Below are positions 11,997 through 23,754 of a stretch of DNA of 64,000 bases, one piece after another. The stretch covers positions 15,686,001-15,750,000 of the forward strand of contig JBHGNT010000005.1 in NCBI GenBank assembly GCA_043228905.1. Direction: 5' to 3'. Origin of the DNA: Azolla caroliniana (Eukaryota > Plantae > Polypodiophyta). The notes under the pieces are model-generated. The model saw nothing but the letters and a program-made list of their open reading frames with translations. It was not told the DNA's origin and ran no database searches. The translations under genes were made by a program, and so were the position numbers. Numbering within the stretch: position 1 is the first letter of the stretch; each line of letters begins with the position of its first letter.

Positions 11997-14980
11997 ATCT
12001 GTGATTTCTCGCAAACGAACAACAAGGGATGGATGTCTAGCCGTAGATGGCCTAGTGAACCGACCCGACAAGTCTGACCACTCACGAGGTCCATCACACG
12101 CCAGACATAGGAGTGTGCACGGAAAAAACCTTGCCTTAGTGATATCTGTCTGGACCACAAAGTCGACTCCATGCTCACCCAGCACCGCGACGTCAAGCAA
12201 GAAGGGTTTAATGGTGAAACAGATGCCGCAATCCACATCCGACTATTCCTGAACGTTTGGAACGCGAATCACATGGCACATCGATTTCCAGAAGAGGAAG
12301 TGCACCGGTAAAAAATGACAGAGTTTGGTTTAACTCTAGATGGTAGAGCCAACAATCCACACCTTCGACTAGTTGCAGTCAACATTTCTGTGATTTTTTC
12401 ATCGGAGGGTACCTCAACGTGAAATCACCGGGCAGTTCTACACAATCAAGTAGTTGCCAGCAGAATTAGTCGCGAAATTTAGCTTACGCTTCCAAAATCT
12501 ACGACGGAAATTAGAACGGGCCTCGACAGATGACGTGGCTAGGGAGATGTTTTTGGCAGCCCTGTGGCAGCCTATCAGGACGACGCTCAACACACGAAGT
12601 GTGAAAGGGGAAACAACCGACATGGTCATCGAGCGAGCATTACAGCTTGAGTTGGACGAAGAGGAGGAAGGATTTTCTCTATCCTCATTACGACATGTGT
12701 TGCCTCAGGATGAGGAATGCCACTTTCTTCAGGCTATTCAGTGCACGATTTGCCTCAATTCTGGGCATTCCGCGGTGGAATGCAATATGCGACGCTAGGA
12801 GTCACGCAGGGACCAACCGCAAACAACCCGGAATTCCAAGAACAGGAGGAGCCAGCGATGCTTGGGGATAGGAATCCGCCGCCAGCTGCAGAGAAAGGAG
12901 AGTCCAACGTACATTGTTTTGTCTGCCAACAGCCCGGACATTACGCAACTCAATGTTCACTGCGCAAGGGTAAAGGACCAGACGTAAATACGATTACAAC
13001 GGAAGTTCAGTAGGTCATGACATGGCAACAAACAAAGAATGTTGTCTGGGCTGCACAAGATAAGGTTTGCAAAGCGGCCCAAGCATGGGTAGAAAAAGCA
13101 AATGTGGCAAATACGACACGTATGCAGCAGGAGTCCGCAACCAATGTTGGGTCGATAGACGAAAACATAATATCCCCGGACCCCATATGGCAAGCAATGG
13201 CAAGCTACGAAATAACCATGACTATGGAAAAACTCCTTCAACTAGTTCCACAATTTCGGCAGGCCGTAGAAGATCGCATAACAGGCAGGCCTGGTATAAA
13301 CGTCTCAGCAAATTTTGCCGAAACTAGTGCCGGACCAACAATGGTGGATCACCACAATCCAGCCATTAAGCTAGTACGAAATAACAGGCTGTATAATCGA
13401 TGGGGGCTCGGGCGTTAATGTGATTAGTGCAAAGATGTGCGAACAATTAAGAATTTCAGAATGGGAAGCTTGCCCCTTTTGGCTTCGCATGGCGGATACC
13501 CGATCTGTCAGGCCCTTAGGGTTAATCCGGAAACTATGCATCGTCATTGGCGGTCACCACTTTGACATCTCAACGGTAGTACTCGCACTCGACGCTCCGG
13601 GAGCATACCCAATACTACTTGGCAAATGGACAATTATGGAAATTTTTGGGGATTACATAACCGCCTTCATGCAAGTCTTTGTGGACGATTTCGCGGTGTA
13701 TGGAACAACAACTGACAATCTGAGTCATTTACGACTGTGTCTGGAGCGCTGCCAGGCTGCACGCTTTAAGCCTGAATCCAGCCAAATGTGCGTTCGGCAT
13801 CACAAGCGGAGCCCTCCTCGGCCACATCATCAGCAAGGAGGGGATAGCGGTGAATCCTAATCAAATTTCCGCGATCATTCAATCAAAAATGCCGACAACG
13901 ACGAAAGCACTCAACGGTTTTTTAAGACAAATACGCTGGCATAGTCGTATGTTACGATATTTGGCAGATTTCGCCACGCCGTTACATGCCGCCGTCCACG
14001 GTACACCTTTCAATTGGACGGCAACTGAAGAAAAAGCGTACGATGCGCTTAAAATAATGTTGACCCAAGCACTAGTTGTACAACCACCAGATTGGGGGAA
14101 ACCATTTCACGTTTTTGTAGATGCCTCAAACATAGCAATAGGTAGTGCGTTGATGCAGCTCACAGAGCTAAATTGGTACAGACCAGTGTATTACGGCAGT
14201 AGGAAGCTATCAAAGGCGGAGAGTAACTACTCCACAACAGAATGAGAAGCTTTGGGGGTGATATACAACATCAATAAATTCCGACATTATCTACTGGGGC
14301 AGAAATTTACGTTTCACGTGGACCATACGACGTTGCTATACCTGGTGGGGAAGCAGGCGCGAACAGGAAAATTGGCTAGATGGATGTTGTTGCTCCACGA
14401 GTTCGACTTTGTTATATAGCATCGACCTGGTACGCAACACGCTGTAGCGGATTTCTTAAGCAAGATAGATAATGGAGAAATGCTGCGAAAGGATGATGAT
14501 GACTTTCCTGATGCAGACATCCTACGGATTGCAACTATAGTAACACGTACGGAATTTTTTTTTTCCGATCGTTGGTTGATGGAGATGACATTCTTTCTGA
14601 CCACAAGATTACCATCGCCGCAATTAAGGACGGACGAAAAGAAATGATTGGCCATCCGAAGTCGTAACTTCTGTTTGGTCGAAGGGGTCCTGTATCACAA
14701 AGGCAACGACGGAATCTAATGACGCGAAATACGCCAGGATGAGAAGGAAGCGGTTTTTCGCGAAGCTCACTGTGGTACGACAGGAGGACACTACGTGGGC
14801 GATGTTACGGCTTGTAAAGTCTGGCAAGCCGGCCTATGGTGGCCGACTACGCAAAAGGATGCATATGAATATTGCAAACAATGCGATCTGTGTCAATGGA
14901 TGGGCTAGCCCACGGAGGTAGCAAGGATGCCACATCAACCAGTGTTGTCGTTGGATCCATTCCAAAAATGGGGACTCGAT

Positions 14981-15308
14981 TTCGTGGGGCCGTTTACACC
15001 GGTGGCAACTCCGACTGGCAATAAATATATACTCATGGCTACGGATTATTGCACCAAGTGGGTGGAGGAGAAAGCACTACGACAAAATACCGCGGCAGTG
15101 ACGACGAAATTTCTTTACGAACACATCTTGTGTCATTTTGGCTGTTCGTGGGGCCGTTTACACCGGTGGCAGCTCCGACTGGCAATAAATATATACTCAT
15201 GGCTACGGATTATTGCACCAAGTGGGTGGAGGAGAAAGCACTACGACAAAATACCGCGGCAGTGACGACGAAATTTCTTTACGAACACATCTTGTGTCAT
15301 TTTGGCTG
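14981..15308 (+). repeat. Tandem duplication, 2 x 164 bp, in the integrase of F (frameshifting)
   Basis: 'ttcgtggggccgtttacaccggtggc...tgtcattttggctg' starts at 14981 and at 15145. The peptide FVGPFTPVA... appears in two frames. Confidence 0.95.
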
Positions 15309-17287
15309 CCCTATCGAGCTCATCAGTGACCAAGGAAGCCACTTTCGGAATTCGGTCATCCGGGAGCTGACACAACACTATGCCGTTGTCCACAAGAAAA
15401 GCACGTCGTATTATCCACAGGCAAATGGTTTAGCGGAGTCCACGAACAAAATGTTACAAACCATACTAAAAAAGATCATCAATGAGAACATAACAGATTG
15501 GGATACCAAATTACATAGCGCCTTATGGGCGTACCGAACCAGCTGTAAGACTAGCATACAATCCACACCTTTCCGGCTAACATTTGGGTTGGAGGCCGTA
15601 ATGCCAGTCGAATTTCAGGTCCCTAGTCTACAGATTTAGGTACGAGACCGGCTATCAGAAGACAAATCCGAACAAATACGGCTACAACAACTGCTCGAAC
15701 TAGGCGAGACACGATTACGAAGCATGGCCATACTAGAACAAGAGCAGTGTCGGCGTAAAGCATTCGTGGACCAGCATCGAAATGCGCGTGAAAAAGATTT
15801 TGCGGTCGGCAAAGCGATCTTAGTCTTTCAAACACGGATGGGGCAAATGCCAGGTAAATTAAGATTCCGTTGGACGGGGCCGTACTGGATCGTTGGCGCG
15901 GAAAATGGCACGTTTCAACTAGGCACCTTGGACGGAGAAGTGTCACCACAAAAAGTGAATGGGTGTTGACTAAAACCCTACCTGGGACCGGTGTCACCAA
16001 ACCCGTTCCACGATGTAAACGACACGGCCGAAGAATCTGCCGATTAATTAAAGGGACCCGCCTGTATTATAGTGTAACAATAATATTGTATTTAACCGTT
16101 GGAGAAAACAAAAACAAAAAAGAAGAAGACAAGCTAGTGACGCTATTAAAAGGACTTGATGCATACGCATACTTCTTCAAACAAATCGGGAGAGGTTTAC
16201 GGCGCAATTACAAGCGGCGCTAGACAAAGGTTGGATGGCATGGGCAACACAAGCGGCAGAGTTGCATACCTACCGGGCGGACTGGGAGAACCGTAGGAAA
16301 AAAGGTTGAGGTTTCTACAAACTCAATGAGGAAGTCATTGCGGCAGTATGGGAGGACCTAGCACAAGATTATCGCACGCTAGCGGACTAGCACTCCGAGG
16401 AACTCGCGCAGCTACTGGAAGATTTTGGGGAAAGTCAGGAGGATATGTTTCACTGAATCATGGAAGCAGGCAGCACGCGGCAAAGAGCAGAGCCCATTTG
16501 ATACCAGATAGCGATACCGCCGAATAGGAGGAACCTCAGCCCAATTCACCGGAGATGAAAACTACGGTCGGCAACACTAAGGAAGTTACAGACAGGACAG
16601 AGTCTCAGCCTACCGAGAGCCCGTAGATGGAAGAGCTAGCCACAGTAGAATGGAATGAGCCAGTAGAGCCGGGTCCGCCCACGCAAGGAGAACTTGACGC
16701 CATGGAAACCCCCATGATGACCGAGCAAGTACAAGACATGCAAACGAGCAACGACGCGCCTACGAGCACTACGCCGTCCCCGGACCAGTACGTAGGAGCG
16801 GAACCAAACATCCGGGATATTTTGGAGGAAGAATAGAGGGATGGGACAGACGTGCCATGGCATTGTCGCACAGGCGTGCCAGGTGTTGTCCGCCGGAATC
16901 GTAACCGACGGACAAAAGCGCAGAAATATCGTAATATAGTGAAGCGTTAAGAAACAAATGTAACGGTTCACACGGGAAGCATGAACGGCTAAAAGCCCTT
17001 TGTATATAAAGGGCAGAAATCCTCTATAAGAGGTAGCAAGTAATTTTGAGTGCTTGATGTTTTTTCTAATAAAATCCTATCTTCTCTAATCTCTGTGCAT
17101 ATCTGTGTCTATTTGCCTGATAGTCCATTGTTACTCTACTGCGTACTGTTTAAATCGTATGTGTGTGTAAGCGTAAGTGCATATACTAGTGCACTTCATA
17201 AGGAGTTTGGTTGTAGCCGTCTCCCTTATACACTACTAGGATACGAGGTCCCATTACTCTTTACGCGAAGACGGTTCCATTCCTTGT

Positions 17288-20200
17288 TGTTGAGAGTCGA
17301 ACTCAACTTCCCATAGATAGGTTTCACACTAGCTCATGGACATGTTGGGCTAGTTTTGTAAATAGTAGAAAGGGCACTTGCCCTAGCTTAGTTGGTATAT
17401 AAACCAACGCATTGTAACTTAGTTACTGTTGGATGTATTTTTGGTTAATATACAACTTTTTCTATCTTTGCCTCAAGAGCTCTCTCTCTCTCTCTCTCTC
17501 TTGCATCACACACACACACACACACTCTTAATCTTCTTCCGCTATATTGCAATCACTCTTGCCTCCCATTCCGTTACATGGTATCAGAGCGTGTGGTTGC
17601 CTGATTAACCCTATTCGACTGTGTTGTGCTGCATGCTGACGATCAACAGAGAAGAAATCACCATGAATACTCAAATGGGAAGCGCTCTTCCTACCGAGAA
17701 GCTCGACAGAACAAACTTTGCATCTTGGGAATACAAGATGCATCAATACCTCGTCGGACAAGGCTACTGGAGCTACATTGAAGGAGCTCACGAATCACAA
17801 CCCAACCCAACACACGCCGATTATCCCGCTTTGGAGCAGGCTGCAAGCCGTGTGTTGTATTGCCTTGCATCATGCATTCATGATCATATGCTTGGCTACA
17901 TTCGAGAGGCAAAAATGCCGAAGCAGGCATGGGAAAACTTCAAGAAGATTTTTGCAGCCAATACGACCGCACGAAAACTCCAATTTCGACAGGAGCTGAA
18001 CAATCTTCAACAAAAGATCAAGGAGTTGTGCGATGCCCTTGGATCGATCAATGTTAGCATTGAGGACGAAGAAATGGTGCAGATATGCCTCAGTGGCTTG
18101 GCACTGTGATTTGGCACAATAAGGTCAGCCGTTCTCGCGAGAGAGAATCCTCCCTCTTTTTTTGATCTCCAATCAATGTTGCTAGTTGTAGAGAATCACG
18201 TGCGTAAATGAAACAACGCGCATGACAGACAAATGCTATATTCGAACTTTGATGGAGGAAGAGGACAAAGCTGGGGAAGGAGAGGTTGATTCGACCAAGG
18301 CCGACACAACCAAGAGCGTAACTCCCACCAATGGCAAGCAGACATAAATGGCCCCAGAGAGTTCGGTAGAAGGGGGAGTCATCACGCCGAACCAAGCAAC
18401 CATAGGAACCCAGTTGAGTGCGGGTATTGCAGAAAACCCGGCCACTACGAAGAGGAGCGTTGGAAGAAGAAGCATGAACAAGGCCGACAACTAACAAATG
18501 AGGCCACGCACTCCGACTACGCCGACCGCGGTGGAATGTTCATAATGAAGCACAAAGTGCACTCAATGTTCACACTTCCATCAACTACCGATTCCACTTT
18601 GAACAATTTATGGTTTGTCGATTCGGGAGCATCCAATCACATGACGTCTCATGAAGATTGGTTTCGGGAATTACGGAAGCCCGAACATCCCGGATATGTC
18701 AAAACAGGAGATGACACAACTCACCCAATACAGCATATCGGGAACGTCTCATTCGGAAACGACGGCAAACAGACCTACCTCAAGAACGAGCTACATGTCC
18801 CCAATATTACGAAAAACCTGGTCTCGGTTGGCCAGATTGTTGAACAAGGAATGCAAGTACGCTTCAATAACAATGGGTGCTTTATTGAAAAAGGCGATCA
18901 AGTCATAGCTCACGGCCGTATGTTCATCCTCAAATCGAGCGAGGTAAAGTCAGCCATGTTTGCAAAGGGCCAGAAAGTTGAAACCGACTTGAAACTGTGG
19001 CACAAGAGAATCGACCACATCAATCTCCAAAAGCTCCAGAACATGCAATCGAAAGGAGTCGTAATTGAACTCCCGAACTTTACGACGAAGGAGATTACAA
19101 GCGTATGCGAAGCATGTCAGTTCGGAAAGCAATGCCGTCACCCATTCCCTGAAGAGTGGAATGTGAGCAAAGGAATCCTGGATGTCATACATTCAAATGT
19201 GTGGGGACAAGCCTAGACAGCAATATTCAGCAGATGCTGATACTGTCATGTTCATCGACGACTTCTCCAGGAACACCTGGATCTATCCGATGAAGCAGAA
19301 GAGTGAAGTGTTCAGGCACTTCCAGAAATTCAAAGCCGAAGTCGAAAAACTACGGGTCGGCATGTACGCTGTCTTCAATCAGATGGAGGCAAAGAATATT
19401 TTTCGGATGAATTTTCAGCATATCTCCGAAAAGAAGGAATCTGACGAGAGTTCTCGTGTCGACACACACCTTAGCAAAATGGCGTAGTAGAGCGTAAAAA
19501 TCGCCATGTAGTAGAAGTCCCACGAGCCATGATGAACGAGAAGAACCTGCCGAAATCATATTGGGCAGAAGCGGCAAATACAGCCGTATATCTCATGAAC
19601 AGGTGCACAACCTCAGGAGTACACGATATAACTCCGCATGAGAAATTCTTCGGAAAGAAGCCGGACTTGTCACATGTCCGCATTTTTGGTTCTATCGCCT
19701 ATGTACATATTCCCGACGATACGTGACAAAAGCTTGACCCAAAGTCGGAGAAATGTATCCTCGTAGGATACTCACTCAAATAGAAGGGGTACAAATGCTA
19801 CAACCAATCTACCCGTAAGGTTCAAACAAGTCGAGACGTAGTCTTCGACGAATACACATCCTGATACGCACCAGAGAATACTTCGACTCCAACCCCGCTC
19901 GACGCGGATGAGACTGAAATAGAAATAGAAGCTGAGGATCGGCTCACACAGATGTTAGAAGATAGCCCAATTACGAGACGACTGAGTGGGCCATCAGAGC
20001 CTCCGAGCGATGAAAGCACATCTCGGCTGAGTCCGAAGCTGGACAAAGGGAACGCGAAAATGCGGGAATATGAAGATCAGGAAGAGACCGAGATGTTTCA
20101 CTCTCTTGACAGTGAATTTGAAGATCTCGACATCCACATAGATGGAGCGAAGAAAGCCATACTCCCCACGAATCGAGAGCTACACCGATCCACATGTGAA

Positions 20201-22227
20201 AAGAACCTCGTAAACCGCTACGGCTACGACGAGTACATGGCGTATCACTACGCTTTTATGATGAAAGTAGCATCGGTACGGGAACTGGAAACACTTTCCA
20301 AAGCCGCAAAGGATCCGCGATGGGTCGACAGGATGAATGAGGAGATGGAAGCTTTATGCAAAAATGAGACATGGGATCTCGTTCCTTTCCCCCCGAACAA
20401 GAAAGCGATTGGCTGCAATTGGATATACAAAGTAAAATACAATGTTGACGGATCAGTAAATCACTTCAAAGCACGGCTCGTTGCGAAAGGTTACACGCAA
20501 ACGCATGGCATAGACTACAAAGAAACATTTGTCCCGGTGGCAAAGATGACAACTGTACAGACAGTAATTGCACTCGCCGTAGCGAAGGGATGGCACCTCC
20601 ACCAGATGGACGTGACAAATGCTTTCCTCCAAGGAGAGTTAGAAGAAGAGGTGTACATGATACAACCACCCGGATTCAAATCATGTAAACATCCACACGC
20701 CTTATGCCGACTCAAGAAGCCACTCTACGACCTCAAACAAGCACCGCGTGCTTGGCATTCGAAGATCACGTAGTATCTTCATCAAGTCAGATTTCAGATG
20801 TCAAAATCCGATACTTCTTTGTACATCCGAAATGAGTCGGATAACCCGATCATCATCATCCTATACGTGGATGACTTGGCCATCGGAGGAAAGGATCTCG
20901 CCGAGATCAACAATGTCAAAACACTTCTCTCTGGCAGATTCGAAATCAAAGACCTGCACGAACTCCATTACTTCCTAGGCATTGAAGTAATTCGGACACC
21001 AGTCAAGGGAATGATCTCACAATGGTACTATGTCCTTAACTTACTCTACAAGTTCAGAATGACCGAATGCAAGCCTGTGTCTACCCCTCTCGATCGTAAC
21101 CTAAAGATTGATGCCAATTCCGGAACCGCTGAGAGCAAGCCGACTCAGTATCGACAACTGATCGATAGTTTGATCTATCTAACCATTACGCGACCCGACC
21201 TCAGTTATTTGGTCGGCCTACTCAACCAATTCATGCAAAATCCACAAAACCTTCATCTTGATTGTGCTAAGAGGATACTACGGTATGTCAGCACGACAAT
21301 GGCTTACAACATCATGTATAAATCGAACACGACTATTCGACACGAAGGGTACACCGACACGGACTAGGTAGGCTATAAAGCGGATAGATGATCCACCTCC
21401 GGATTTGTCTTCTCCCTCCGTAGAGGAGCAATCTCTTGGAGTAGCAAGAAATAGCCGACAGTCGTATTGTCGAGCACGGAAGCTGAATATAGGGCCGCAG
21501 TAGTCGCCGCATGCGAAGCCATATGGCTTAAACGTGTACTAAAGGATCTGGGTGTTCCCATCAAGGATTCAATTCGTCTCTACTGCGACAACATGAGTAG
21601 TATCTACCTGGCACGGAACCCCATATTCCACGCGTGGACTAAACGTATCAAAGTGCATTACCACTTCATTCGCGAGTGCGTACAGGCCGACGAGATCGAT
21701 CTACAACATACCAGTACGCAACTCCAAGTTGTTGATATATTTATGAGGGCCTTAGGAGTCCACAAGCTCGGGAAATTTGCATCGGACCTTGGTCTCACGA
21801 CATCTAGATTGCTGAACTTGAGGGGGAGTATAGGTACAGGCGACAAGGAAGCAATACACAATGATACGCAACACATACGGAATTGATCGAGTACGCGAGT
21901 ACGCAACACAACCGACTAGACAAGTCGAAGTACGAACCGAACAACCTTCTCAACAAATAAAAGTTGTGTTCAAAGGGGCATGTTGAGAGTCGAACTCAAC
22001 TTCCCATAGATAGGTTTCACACTAGCTCATGGACATGTTGGGCTAGTTTTGTAAATAGTAGAAAGGGCACTTGCCCTAGCTTAATTGGTATATAAACCAA
22101 CGCGTTGTAACTTAATTACTGTTGGATGTTTTATGTTTAATGTATTTTTGGTTAATATACAACTTTTTCTATCTCTGCCTCAAGAGCTCTCTCTCTCTCT
22201 CTCTCTGTTGCCTCCCATTTCGTTACA
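17288..22227 (+). mobile_element. Element G: full-length degenerate Ty1/Copia inserted in the 3' LTR of F
   Basis: LTRs 17288-17578 and 21981-22227. TSD CTTGT at 17283-17287 and 22228-22232. tRNA-iMet PBS TGGTATCAGAGC at 17579-17590. Gag 17621..18109, PR 'WFVDSGASNHM', INT, RT 'YVDD' and RNase H to 21886, with stops and frameshifts. Confidence 0.95.
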
Positions 22228-23139
22228 CTTGTAACACGGTCACCATGAGGTCTACCTCGAAGGACTGAGTGTAGATAGTGTTCCTAATCTATCATGTTGT
22301 TGTTGCGTCTACTGCTTTTCTAAGGAGATTTGTTGAAGATCCCCCAACAACCATTGATTTTCTTGTTCCAAAGCAAGGAACTTCTCTTTCAAGCATTGCA
22401 GCTCCGAGAAAACGGATTGATATTCTTGAGCGCTAACAGTGGCCATAGGATGAGAGGAAAGAGGAATAAGATATTAGTATGAAGGGAGGGAAATGTAAGA
22501 AGATAAAAGGAAGAGGAGGAAAAAGGTGAACTAGGCCGAGAGGGGTTCGCTTCGTTGTCATATCCCTACTCTCCACGGCTAGCTGGAACTGGTCATACCT
22601 GGAGTATAAGTCACCGACTGAGTAGATAGACCTTCTATCGAAGACCTCCGTGAACTCATCGATTGTCGGCCCGACCCCTGCATTCTGAATTGTCACATTG
22701 TTGACAGGTTGCAGATCCTAGATAAAGTGCAATATGTCGTTCTTCTTCGGCAACGTGAACCAGCGATTCGAATACGGGGCACTCGATGGCTCAAGAATCC
22801 CTAGATCGACTTTCTCCTTGAGTAGCTCCATTAGCTTCGAGATGTGAGCTCTTGGCACCGGAATCGTTTTAAGATTCCATGGTACATGCGGTACCGTTGT
22901 CGTGAAGGATTCCAGCTACGAGGAGAAAAGGGGTCGGATGCGAGTGAACAGGGATGTGCAAGGATGCACACCGAAATGTACAAAAACATGTATATAACAT
23001 AGGATTACTAAGTACTAGGTAGTAGGTTTTAGTGGGTACTTTAAAGACCCACACGCATAGAGAGAATAAGGGGAGGCTTGAGCCTGTTTTAGGCATCCAC
23101 ATTTTGGGAGGACGAAGTGTTGTCGATTTGAGTGTCGAG

Positions 23140-23177
<38 letters not shown>

Positions 23178-23655
23178 TTTTGCCTTGTGCCCTGTACCGA
23201 TCCGAAGAAGAAGGTGCAGTCTGTGAGCTCCCGACTAGAGGTTCATCATTCCGTGTTTCTGTGTGCGAGCGTGTTTCGAGAGCGTCCAACTTTGATACTG
23301 GCCGGGTTCGGTTGTATTCTTCCCTGGTTTTAATCTATTTCTTTTTGTTGTATCTGGTTGCGCTGTGTGTGTGTGTGTGCATCTCCATTCTGTCTCCGTT
23401 TGTTGCCCATGTTTACCCGAGTCCCGAGTTGCGTCCTTGTTGCTCGTTATCCAGTGACCGGTCTGGAGCAAACTAATCTCTAAACCCTACGCTAGTTGTT
23501 CAACATCCGAGAACCGATCCGAACCGGATACGAGACCGGACACTAATCCGGCGAAGATATCAGGACGACCTTCCTACTCCCACCGGCTCCTTGGTCTGAG
23601 ACCCCCGCGGTCCCACCCCACTTTGACACGTACCCACGGATTTGCGCGACATCTT

Positions 23656-23673
23656 TGGTGAACCCGACGTGAA
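23656..23673 (+). promoter_or_regulatory. 18-nt PBS complementary to the tRNA-Trp 3' end (element D)
   Basis: TGGTGAACCCGACGTGAA is the reverse complement of TTCACGTCGGGTTCACCA, the recalled plant tRNA-Trp end. An identical site is in E at 36757-36774. Confidence 0.8.
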
Positions 23674-23754
23674 AGGGGGCGATAGAGGAGTTCGAAATGA
23701 GAGGAAGCGAGCTAGCAGAGGCGATGGTGGCAACCGTCGATCGTATAGTAAACG

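Larger units (their letters stand above)
11506..22294 (+). mobile_element. Element F: non-chromoviral Ty3/Gypsy (Athila/Tat/Selgy-like), two LTRs, most of RT deleted
   Basis: 5' LTR 11506-11978. The 3' LTR is split into 16884-17287 and 22233-22294 by Copia G. TSD TGTTG at 11501-11505 and 22295-22299. PBS TGGCACGCCTGGTG at 11983-11996. Gag knuckles at 12454-13013, protease about 13390-13620 joined to the RT 'FVDD' region, RNase H 13850-14470, integrase 14700-16045. Confidence 0.9.
6566..22525 (-). mobile_element. Element B: chromovirus (Tcn1-like Ty3/Gypsy), degenerate; own sequence 6566-11505 and 22300-about 22525; 5' LTR largely lost
   Basis: 3' LTR 6566-6956 (TGTCA...TGACA) with PPT at 6957-6970. 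Chromodomain 6949..7275, integrase 7353-8309, RNase H 8582..9031, RT 9083-10021 (YLDD), protease 'LLDAGA' 10292..10474, and gag with a CCHC-like knuckle 10516-11481. Confidence 0.9.
3473..22897 (-). mobile_element. Element A: Ty3/Gypsy of the tRNA-Trp-primed lineage, 5'-truncated, host of nested insertions (own sequence 3473-6565 and about 22525-22897)
   Basis: 3' LTR 3473-4340 (TGTCACGG...CATGACA) is homologous to the LTRs of D and E. A G-rich PPT lies at 4341-4350. Broken integrase, RNase H and RT ORFs span 4412-6565, and an RT piece 'IYSVGDLYSRYDQFQLAVESRDMTTKRTPLGLV' is in ORF 22433..22696. Confidence 0.85.

Noticed and set aside
22447-22525. 5' LTR and right TSD of chromovirus B
   Set aside because: Only a weakly similar purine-rich stub remains, and flanking RT sequence of A is also missing, so no TSD can be called.
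23032-23476. ORFs with LSLSLS / ERERER runs (also at 32141, 36828 and 46822)
   Set aside because: These are translations of (CT)n microsatellites, not proteins.
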